A DNA stretch of 64,000 bases from Antedon mediterranea (lineage: Eukaryota; Animalia; Echinodermata), in assembly GCF_964355755.1 (NCBI RefSeq), contig NC_092676.1:15456871-15520870 (forward strand), in the 5' to 3' direction. The position numbers and the translations under genes were made by a program. Within the stretch, counting starts at the first letter, position 1. Each line of letters starts with the position of its first letter. The notes beneath the pieces are model-generated. The model made no database searches and was not told the origin of the DNA. It saw only the letters and a list, made by a program, of their open reading frames with translations. Shown piece by piece: positions 35,601-47,600 of this stretch.

Positions 35601-38600
35601 GGTTTTGTCTACATAAATTTTCTTCAATACCCACTGCTTCTTGCGTTTGGGAAATGCCAGTCCAAATCGAAGAGTGCCTGTTAGGAAATGCACATAATTA
35701 TTCCTCATTGTAAATATGTCTTTATAGATTACTAATCAACAAATTAAAGAAGCTTTTATAAAACTACTTACCTTCCTCAGTAGTTGCTTGCTGTCTACCA
35801 ACATTCTCATTGTGGTCCATAATTGCCAATTGATGACGGGCTCTCATGCCTTCATAGCTGAAGTGTTCCCTCTTTGGACAATATTTTAACAACATCCCAT
35901 GAAAAACCTCTAGCGATCCTGTAAGAAGGTTAAGCATTAATTTTATTATAAAAATTGTTATATTATAGTGTTTATTATTGTATGTTAAAGAATGTAGTAT
36001 AGCAGGGCTTCTTTTGCCTTTAATTTATTCGAATGATCCCAGAGCAAAAATAGTACATTTCATATATCTTTTTACATACATACCTGTGTGTTTAAAAAGT
36101 GCCATCTTGTGCATATCTTTTAGTAATTTAGTGTTCATAACAACACCCCGAAGTGCATCATGAGCATCGCTACCTGGTGTCAGCCATTCAATTTCATGCA
36201 TGTCCTCCAATAGTGGGTCGTGACTGCACTTGTGGAATTTATCTGCACTAGCCCATTCATGGAGGTTGCAGACGTGCTGTAGTAAAGAAAGCCACTTGTC
36301 CTTAAGGTCCTAAAAGTGAAATATAGTATAAACTATTAAATGAAAACTATTAACATAAATGAATGTTAACATAATAATCAATAAGAATGTACAACACATA
36401 CTGTACTTCAATACAGTATACACAAACAAATCGTGATAAAAAAACAGCTTTAATATAACTTACAGCATAATCGCCATTGCAGGAAGCACAGCACCACCAC
36501 AGATGATTTTTTATGGACGGTATCCAAAATCTAAGGTCTTCGCAACCTTTCTTCTTCGATTTTTCTCTAAGCTTCTTGGTGACGCTTTTAACAACATGAA
36601 AAATGTCAAACTCATGTTTTAATTCGGGGTAGTTCTTATTCATGTCACTTGCAATTTGGACATGTCTATCTGTAGTCACTCCCACGACATTTACATCTTC
36701 CTCTAGAAGGTAGTCAATTGCCCTTGTGAAACCGACTCGCTCCATATTTGTTGAAGCTTGGCCTGGCGCTTCCGATACTTGGACAAGCTCAAAATGAATA
36801 ATGAGCTCACTATTCTCCTCCATCAGAGAATATCCCAAATACTTAGCACTATGGCCAGGCGTGTCACTGCGCCCATCCCCACCAACGAAAATATCTTGGT
36901 AGCGAAATGCATCTATCCATATACCATGGTTTTCATTGTACAGATCATTTATTACAGGGAAAAGGTAAGACCTCTGAATATTGTAAAAATGTTTTTCTGA
37001 AAGCATGTGTAGTTTCATAGTGGTTGCAATGTCAAACATTTTTTGGTATGTGCCACCTGAAAACAAAATCGATGCCGCTAACTCAAGGTTTCCCTTTGCC
37101 ATGTTTCGCACAAGTGGTTGTGATTTCCACCTTCCTCTGTGATTGTTGTGGCATGTCCATTCAAATACAATCATTGTTCCCCGGTACAGTTTATGTATTT
37201 CTAATAGACTACCACACTCTTGGCATGTATTAAAAAGATGGTCCAATGACGACTCATAGACGAGGAAGACTCCATCACTCTTCTTTCTTTCAGCCGTATT
37301 AGTTTCAGAGTCACTATCAGAGCTGCTCGGTGAATATGAGCTATCAGAATCAACATCTGAAAAAGGCATGTTAGATAGAAAAAAATTATTTGATATTTTC
37401 AAGTACAAAAACCTCATCTTTTTTTTTAAAAACCATTCAAATCTTAGCTTTCTTGGTCATAAACAAATAAATGTATTGTAAATGTGCCCATAGTTTTGAG
37501 TTGCAGAACAAATAGTAAACATAAAAAGAATAAATAGTACCTTCATCACTGTCATTATCAGAATTATCTACTTCTGAATCTTCTTCTTCTGGAACTTGTG
37601 GTATGTTTTGTGGGATGCTGGCTGTACTTGAGGCCGATGGACATTTGCGAGTTTTGGCTACAGACTTGGGCTTTTTTTTAAACAGCTTCACATAACTATG
37701 ATCATGCTGGATCTTTAGTGGATCTGCGAAAGTGTCTGTCTGGAATGTACAATTGTAATATTTTGATAAAAAATAGCATTTATATGTAACAATCATTGCA
37801 TTCCATTATTTATTAAGAGCCTTATTTGTATACACTTACTTGTGTTGATGAGTTGACCTTAGTTACTTGTCCACATTTACACCCTTCCGAAAACAAAATC
37901 TCTGGCTGAATTACTTCTACCGAATCTCTTGGTATTGATGTTTCATCTAATTCCACTTGGCCCATATCCAAAACTTTCTGAAAATGAATGCATAAGTTAA
38001 CCATAATCTGCATGTTAGACTTGATGAAGACATGAACAAAATACTCGATGTTACAAAAGCCAAGTGTAGCACCTGATGATCCAAGAGTAATTTTTATCAC
38101 CTTAACTCAACTTCATTCATGAAACAGTAAAATGTTGAAATTTATTTTATATCTACATATTTTCATTTCGTTTTGTGGGAAGATGTTATTTTTTAACATA
38201 ACTAATTAACACCACTAGGCCTAGCTTTAAAATTAAGGGCAATCAACTCAGAATACACAAGCCGTCTAGGCCTACTCCTACTACGGCAGTGCTGGCTAAA
38301 GCAGCTAGCCGCCTAGTTTAGTTAGAGGAGAAGAAAGAGAAGGGCCTCTCGCCTATCTATAGGCCTAACTAGAGCCTGTTTATAGTTTAATAAATACACA
38401 GTATTTTAATTATAATTATCAACAGAGCCGCGCATTATTATTTATATTTTGCTGTAGATTTTCGTAGCTTACCTTTTTAGGCCATCGCTTTTGTTCCATC
38501 AATTTTTGACGATCTTGTCTTCTTTTCGATGCTTCGCTGGCAGGTTTGATATGAGCAAGCTGTGTTGGTACAGCGTCCGGCTTTAATCGCCTTGTTGGTT

Positions 38601-41600
38601 TTCGACCGAGTGACACTTTCACAGAATTGTCTTCAAACATATCTTTCTCAAAATGTTCACTACACACTCGAGAATGTACATTTACATGAGGATTCTCTAA
38701 CTTCAAAGATGCCACCCACTTACGAAGTAAATCTTTATTGTGCAAAGGCAATCGATGAAAGCTGACGTTAACTTTGTTGGTAGATTTCCTGTCTTTCCTA
38801 CTTGATGCATTACTGCAACCGAAAGCCATACAAAATACCATAATTTTTGCTGGACGTACACGGTTACTACCGTTTAAATTAATAAATAAAAAATCAGCAT
38901 ACACTATAAAACGCAAAACTTTGAAGAAACGGGAAAAAAGCGAGAAATTACGGTGAAAATTAGCTGGACAAATACAGTCAACTGACACTACAGTGATATT
39001 CGCACGTGTACAAAGTATACGAAGATCCCGGATGAAGGGACTTCCGCCCCACCACCGATCGTAGCTTCCTGGTTTTTTTCCAAGATGGCGGAGCACCATT
39101 ACCGTGGAACAAAAATAACTAAAAAATCGGATTTTTGCTATTGGTTTCAACTTTTTAATTTATCCTTTGTTTATTTTTATATACATTTTACTATATACAC
39201 TAGTTTAAAAGAAATAATACTGGATTCCTTTAAACGATATATTCAATCCTAATATGGATTGTGGCAAATTGATTAAGAACATCCTTGGTTTAAAAAAATG
39301 AACGATGCATTTGCAAAGGTTGTTGATCTAGTAAACGTGTTGATTCTTATAGCAATGCATTTAGCCAAAATCTATTTTTTATATTATTAGTATTATTTTA
39401 GATAGCATTTTCAAATGATTAATTCCAAATTATTATCACGTATATATATATTCATATATTTGGCTATAGATGTTCAATTTAAATAAGGCACTCAGTTTTT
39501 AAAAAGAAAATTTATTCCCGGGAGAGAGACACTGTTCATTTAGGAGGAGTATTTTTTTTTATCGAGTTTAATCATTATAGAACTTAGTCAAATTGATCTA
39601 TATATTATTTTCACTATGATGTTTCTCAATATATTTTACTTGCAAAGATCAAAAGACAATAAATGACATAGGCTTATAACTGTTTATAGGACATTAACTT
39701 TCTGTTTATCTGAAAACGCAAATATAATATGTTTCAAGAAAAATTTATTTTATTCAATGTTCCAGAAGTATAAAATGGTGATGATGTTGCTTAATTGGAA
39801 ATATTTGGATTGTGAGGTAATAATTATACATCTGAATTACGTACCAAAGAAATAGAAAGGGCTTGGCCATCCTGCGTATTCTACAAGTACGCCCGCTAAC
39901 GGCATACCAACGACTGCCCCAGCGTAAGATCCTGTAATAAAACAAAAATCACAATTAATTATTAATTTTTTTTAATTCATCAGAATACTGCAGTGTGTTG
40001 TCTAATTTATAGCGTGTTTTAATAGATAATTTATTAAAAGCCGATGTTTAATATAAGGAACATTGATCTGAATACCAAACCGGTAATTGTTTAAATTCCA
40101 AAAATGCCCTTACGTAAATTTATATATAGATAAAATCGTATTAAAAAACACAATCACGTAAACACAAAATACAAATTGAAGTTTGAGTCAGTTGCAGTGC
40201 AGTTGCAGTGCAGTTGCAGTGCAGTTGCAGTGCAGTTGCAGTGCAGTTGCAGTGCAGTTGCAGTGCAGTTGCAGTGCAGTTGCAGTGCAGTTGCAGTGCA
40301 GTTGCAGTGCAGTTGCAGTGCAGTTGCAGTGCAGTTGCAGTGCAGTTGCAGTGCAGTTGCAGTGCAGTTGCAGTGCAGTTGCAGTGCAGTTGCAGTGCAG
40401 TTGCAGTGCAGTTGCAGTGCAGTTGCAGTGCAGTTGCAGTGCAGTTGCAGTGCAGTTGCAGTGCAGTTGCAGTGCAGTTGCAGTGCAGTTGCAGTGCAGT
40501 TGCAGTGCAGTTGCAGTGCAGTTGCAGTGCAGTTGCAGTGCAGTTGCAGTGCAGTTGCAGTGCAGTTGCAGTGCAGTTGCAGTGCAGTTGCAGTGCAGTT
40601 GCAGCTCGGCGTCATGTGCAGTGCTGTGGGTCCACTGAAGTACATAATAAAAAGTCTCAATTTGAATCGGTCAGGAGAACCCTTTTAGTAAAAGGGATTT
40701 CGAGAATTAATATACTGTTAATATATACGATATCTGAAAGGAAATGACTAAAAGAAATATGATTTAAAAAAAACCTTAAAAATCTTAAAGGAAATTTTCT
40801 CAGAAGAAAATATTTCTTATTGTCTAAAATAAAACACAAACAATACGTCGTGTAATAACTGAATTTGTAACTCTGATCCGTCTCGAATCAGTCAGTGAAA
40901 TAATGCGTTTTTCCCGCTGCTGCTCTAGCCCGCTACGTCACACGAGATGACTCATTCATTAGATGAAATCAAGCAGCAGTATAGTACTACACTTTGACAT
41001 TTTTGTTAAAATGGAAACTCGACTATAATTTATAGGTACCACCTGTTGAATCCAAAAAACGGCTGGGAAAAGAGTCTAATGACAAATCCCAAAGCATTTC
41101 TGGTATTTATGAGTCCCATGATATTACTATAATTCACTGTCAGATAATCATTGAATTATTATCAAAACAGTCCATTGAAGTTTTTGTTTGTAATAGGATA
41201 CTTGAAGTATCTAGGCTTGATGAAGTGACCCCGAGACTTGACCTTAGCAATAACAATAAGCAAGCAGCGTTTTTTGTAAGAAATATTCTTGTTAATAATA
41301 AGTTTTTTACGAATTCTTAAACTTCCGGAACTTGTTTACAGAAAAAAAAAAACAGCCAACGACCTATCAGAGCCATTTTTTGCATTGCAATATTACATAA
41401 AATAACTATATACAATAGTACCGTGAAATTACATTACAGTTACTTATGTTAAATTCCGGCATTGATAGGCCTAACTAAATCGTGATTTTAAATGAAAGTG
41501 ATTTATCGTTTTAGATTACACGTTTCTATTTCTCACCTGATTTGTACATTACACATTTTTATCGTCGGCGTTCTTTACATGCCTGTGGCTTGAATGAATT

Positions 41601-44600
41601 CTTTAATTTCACGATTGTAATGGTATTTTTTTGTGAATGTCAATGTATTCAATATAAATTGTTTTCCGTATTCCTTAACTATGCATAAATATTTTTATAT
41701 AATAATTGAGGTTTTATGTATACGAAGTTGTATCAAGTTGTACAACTGAATTACTACATAGATACCCATTGGAACTGCCGGCTTTTATTTGATATTGATA
41801 ATACAGGCATTCTGTTCACTTTAGCCTGAAAGCTCTGCTAATATATTCTGACTGTTTTACTTGATCGTCTTGATTTTGTATCTCCATTGAGATCCAGCCA
41901 CTGATACCCACAGCATTGTCATTTTTTCAGTAATTTGCCTTTGGATTTATATATCTTCAATTTAATACAATTTTTTATTTCTATGCATCAACAATTTACA
42001 AGTCAAGTATGTATACGTACTTTTAAATTGGCGCGCATGTTCAGTGATGTAGTGCTAAATTATAGAAATTCCAATAGTTTCTCTCTTGAAAGAGAAGTTA
42101 TACTTCAAAATTGATTAAATCAAAGTATTGAGTATTTCGAATTATTTATCTCAAACTGTTAATGAGTTTATCAATTCGATTACTCGTTTATATTTGTTAT
42201 TTTATTTAGTTAGTAATTTTGATATTAGGATTCCTTGTCATCGTCTTAGAAGAAACCCCACTTCTCATCTTTTAGCAGAGTAAATTCCTGTCTGAAATTG
42301 TTTCATTAGTAGAATAAATAAAATGCATTATTTTGCTTTAAGGACATTTGAGTAACTTTAGCAATACTTTTCGTATGTTTCGTAACATTATTAGTAGTTT
42401 AGAGCAATTGCTATGTATTATGTGTCATTGTTCGTCTGCGTTCCCTCCTGTAGTGAACTTTGAATTTACGGTTGATTGAGAAAAGAAACACACACCAATC
42501 GCATTTTGCACGGCTGGCGATTCAAATACTTCACCCTTTTCTAAATCATCGCCAGTCGCAACGCACACTTATGCTCATGTTCCTAAAGTTTAATTCTTAT
42601 TTCCAACTAGTTCTTCTCCTTGTTATGAAGTATCTACCAATCGAAAACTACGATAATCGTAGTATGATAAATCGAATAGAGCAGAGTGACATATTCCTCA
42701 CACTCACCTTGCAATCGTTAATGGAACACATTCAATATTGATTACAAATAACATTTTTTAAACATCCTACGATATATAAAAAATACATAGCAATAAAGTT
42801 TATGAAATAGTTCTTATAAATATCTAATGACAAATAGAGTAAGCATTCAATTGAACATTTCACGAGACATTTTTATATGGAATTCATATGAAATATTGAC
42901 ATCTTTCTTAAACGGAATAACTTCTTAAATATCACATAATGTTTCATGATTGATATTGAAGTAATGCAATATACACTGGCCGTTTACTTTATCGTTTTAA
43001 TTTAGCATTTTGCTTATTTTATCTATTTATTATCTCCACTGATATCCAGTCACTTATACCCACAGTATATTGTCATTTTTTCGGTAATTTGTTTTTTTAT
43101 TTAGTATAATGTCAAAAATGGTATTGCGAATGTTGATTCTACATCTTTATGAAGGGTTTCAAGGCTACGATAAGTGTTGCTACTTCAAAGTAACTGGTTT
43201 TATTTTTTAGTAGGGAGAGATAATTGAAAAGTTAATGAGGAGCTCAAATCCAACACCTACAGATCTCTCTAGACAACTGAGCTAATAGCTCGGTTTAGTT
43301 ACGTTCCCAAATCAACTACTACAGTACCAATATAACTATTAATTAAAATATAACATCAAGAAAACAGTAGTCTAGTCTCAAACTAAGTTCGTTTTAGAAC
43401 ACTTGTGACACAGTAGTTCTGGAATGAGACTTGAATAAATTAGCCTGACTATATCAATATTATTAAACCTATATCCTAAAGTTATTTGAACTTATTAAAC
43501 AGAAAGTTTGAGCTTTTGACTGGAAATTAACAGTTGTTACCGTTCGGTATGTATCATAAGTATAGTGAATTAGTTTGAATGCATTCCTTTTGTATTTTCT
43601 GACACTACCGTACATTATTTGATTTAGCTAATTGAAAGTTTTATAATATATCCAACGTTATTATTAAAATAATTAGTATTATAGGATTCGGTTAAAAGCA
43701 CGTCTCCGCATAAATGGCATTAAAAACTCTATAATTAGGTGTGTTATGCTAAAAAATCCATTTGTGTTTTGGGCTAATGTGACACAATACATTATATACT
43801 GCCTTGTGTCTGCCGCCGACAGATGTGATCGCGAAAATTGAATCGTATATTTGAATTTAAAGATCGGGAGTTACGGCTTACTAAATTGTCGAATAATTTG
43901 TCAAGCTGATTCATCATTATAATCACTATCTTTAACCCTTATCTTTATGAATTTATTAGCATGGATATTTAACAAGACCAATGAATTTGTGAGTTAAAAA
44001 TCCAAGTTAAAAAGCACTGTTTTGTCGAGTATCATTAAAAGTGTAGTTGGTTTATAAATAAGGAGAAAACTGATTTCGTACTTCTGAAACTTCTACGGTA
44101 TCTAGTCTTGATACACGTAACTGTATGATAGGAATACCATCATTATGTTAACATTTAATTAGCGTTGTCTTAAAAGCAATTCTTATGATATAACTGCGAG
44201 AAGATACAATCATTAAATTAAAACCTCACAGTGAAAAAGACATGATGATATGAATACATTTTGTTATGCTCCCTGGCCGTGAATATTGTTCTTTATTAAA
44301 AAAGTAATAAAAACATTTATTGCAGTGTATTGATTTATTTTCAGTCTTGATGTATAATGTGCATTTGTTAAATACGATATATTTGGGGTCAAAAACATAT
44401 AAAATGTATAGGTGTGACAGCACTTGACTGACTAACTTAATCGGTTAAAGTTTTTTTTACAAACATATATGAGATCATATTCAAACTAATGACCGAAATT
44501 TTATTATGACGTTTAATTTATACGGAACTATAATATTGTTTTTATATTTGTCCGGGTCAAAGTGACATTTATATTCTTTGTATTTCAGTTTAAATTATGT

Positions 44601-47600
44601 AATTTCAATGAAATAAACTACTTTTTTTTAGTCTGGTATGTTTGTTGGAGTTATTAGATATAGGCCTATAGTATAACAGAAAACATTACGTACCTGCAAA
44701 TGCAATTGTTGCGAGCATACTCCTCTCAAGCGGCGGTGCCCATTTACTCCACATACCATGAATTGATGGATATTCTACGCCCTGGCAATAAAAACAAAAA
44801 CAAATTGTAGTCATACTGCTTATTTTTTACTTATTACTTACATTTTACTTAACTTTCCCAGGTATTTTGATGGATACTGTTCATTGTTTACAGTTAACAC
44901 TCCTGTTTTTCTAGAACACAACAAAATAATAGATATATTAACAAGAGGAGGAGGTTTGATGACCATAATTGACGCAATTTGGTCACACATATGTCATTTC
45001 GAGTCTGCAGTCTGAATATAGGGCGATTGGTTTACATTTTAAAATAGTTGGCGATGGTTATTTTAGCTAGACCAATAAATTATAGATAATTAGGCCTACT
45101 GAGGTTAATTTGTGTTCACTGTACTGATATTTTAGTGTATGTGTATTGTGTTATTTTGCACTGCATGCATTCAAATAGAGACGAGCTGATTGGATAAGAG
45201 TTTTCTGTTTTTCAACTCTATTCAGAGTGATGAATAATTAAAAAGCAAAAAATAATATTTAAATGTTTAAATATTTATGAAAGATTACTTGCAACCTGTG
45301 TGCATGTGACGACACTTCCTTATAAAGATATGCTTCAGAATTAGTTATACCTACAAAAAATGTATAATGCAGGGTATTTTTATTGATACACTGGATATTC
45401 AAGAAGGTTGTAATTATTTCATTGATCTGAAGATGTATATCGGCGCTAATAAATCGACCAAGACATCTTTAATAATATTATTATTGGCAAAAAGTAAATG
45501 TAAATATTTATAAATATAGTATATAGAGGCGACCGAATGCGTGATCTATGACAATAAAGTGCATTATTATTAGGCCCGGTGCCTACATAATGTATAGGAG
45601 TATGAAAGAAAGCAATATCAGTCATAATAATATAACTCAGTGCAGAGGGCGCCAATAGAGGTATCTGTGATATTCCGCTTCGCTAGTGGTAAAATAGCGA
45701 CAATCATCAATATATCTAATTGCCGGTTTAATTTGAACTTTTGAAATATGATTCTAAAACAAACCACCGTGAGGGGCGAACCAGGTTTTTAACAAATAAT
45801 TAATGTTTATGAGTGCGATGGTACAAATAATTCCATGAAATGAAATTAGTTGTGCCTACAGACACATTTAATTTACTTTAAATGTAATGGGAATGTTAAA
45901 TGCTTAAGTTGTACCTTTTGCAAAAGCCTCTGGGCCTAGCACTATGGACCGCGTATTTCCTTGTGTAAATTCTTTTCTCCATAGAAGTGGCTAATAACTA
46001 TAAATACTATAAGAACAATCAAGTTGGTCGTATTTTAGCTTTCTACGTCCGCTAAAGTTTTACTTAAAGCTTTTGCAAAGGTCTCTAGCCTATGGACCGC
46101 ATATTTGATTTGTCTCTTTGTGTTACGAGCCTGCATCAGCATGTAATTTAGCAATTTCATCGTAATTCAACAGAGCAAAATTGCAACCTTGGCAATTAGG
46201 AAGTCTAGCTAAAAAACAGCCCAAAAAGTGAAACAAATTGCAAACAGAGATTTTTCTTTTTTAAATGGTCACATGAGGAAGAGATCAGAATCTGAGCATC
46301 ACAACTCTGTCCCTCATCTTGATAATATGCAAATTAGAGTGAAATTACATGGTTACCATATCTAAAAACCACTAGTCAGAGAGAGTTGATTTTTTTTTCA
46401 GCACGTATTCATTCATTTGCTATATTTCGGATTGTACATCCATATACAAACATACAAAATGAAAGGAAAACATTTCAAGCAGGAAATTAACATCTTACAC
46501 AAAAACGACCTAAAATATAATTTTAAACCAACGCTAATGTATATATTTATATTTCCTCAAATGAAATATTTTACGAAAAAATGACTGGAAGTATGACATT
46601 GGGGCAAAATATATACATTAGTGTTGGTGCAAGTAATATTTTAGGCTGTTTTTGTGGTAGATGCTATTGTTAATTTACTGGTTGAAAAAATGTTGTAATT
46701 CTTAATAAGTCTGTGTAAAAACAACTCTCATTAGATTTTTTGTGTTGTTAAGACAGAGGTGTGATGCTAACATTTTGATCTCATAATATGCGACCTTAAA
46801 TTTGTTTCACTCAAAATGCTAGATTGCTATAGCCTAACCGTAGATCGCTATTGTTCTGATCTTGTTTTAGAGGGGATATCGCGTCGTGTTGAGTCGGTGC
46901 TATAGATTTCACGCAGATTTTTTATACTATAGGCCTAGAAGAATTCTTTTTTGTACAACAAAATTATTGAAAACAAATTAGTATCACACAATCGTTTAAT
47001 AATATCGTCTATTGAACGCCAAATGACCTACAATCGTCCAATCAAATAACAGGAATATATTTAGGTGTTTTATAAGGTAAAAAGTGGAGAACTCCAAGCG
47101 CTACCCCTGAATCCGCCCTTTAAAACTGGAACGAAACATTATGGCTTAAATGAGTTTTAAAGATTCTTTATTTGTTATTATATAACTTCATAAATATCAT
47201 ATAAATTATCATACTAATTTATGATGCAAATCTGCAAGCATTATTTATTATTTATTACGTGGATCACGTGATTGTAACACTTGGTTAGTATATGTCAACA
47301 AACACGAACGAAATGACGCGTGGTTAACATCCCTATACCGATTGCATTCATCAAACACTATATTTGCATTTATGAAATGATGAATCATAACGCAATGCTT
47401 TCCATCAGCGTATCACGTGACATGAATAGAGCTGTAATGGAAAAGGATTTTAAATAGATCACTATTAGTAATCCAGATTGTAAAAAGATACAACAACAAA
47501 TCAAAGCTTTGTTTTGTTATGATCTTCTTTTTGATGAAAGTTTTGATGATAGACAAATGGATCGTCCTTCTATTGCTTGAAACACAATTTCTTCATATTT

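Larger units (their letters stand above)
33931..39229. mobile_element. Full-length Kolobok-superfamily DNA transposon (5,299 bp) in a VGLUT intron
   Basis: TTAA at 33927-33930 and 39230-39233. TIRs AGGAATGCAGTATTATTTCTTTTAAA / TTTAAAAGAAATAATACTGGATTCCT (26 bp, 1 mismatch). Two convergent genes inside: a THAP-DDE transposase and a small Cys-rich protein, which is the Kolobok transposase + KolX layout. Confidence 0.9.

Noticed and set aside
38419-39150. Independent 243-aa THAP transcription factor as given in the ORF track
   Set aside because: The track start is a non-ATG upstream extension. The THAP begins at ATG 38841 and splices at 38473 in frame to the DDE exons.
33931-39229. KolobokP-type long terminal direct repeats
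   Set aside because: The two ends share only short inverted repeats; no long direct repeat is visible.
40154-40747. Cys/Gln-rich ORFs on both strands
   Set aside because: Translations of a perfect 11-bp tandem repeat that lacks stops.
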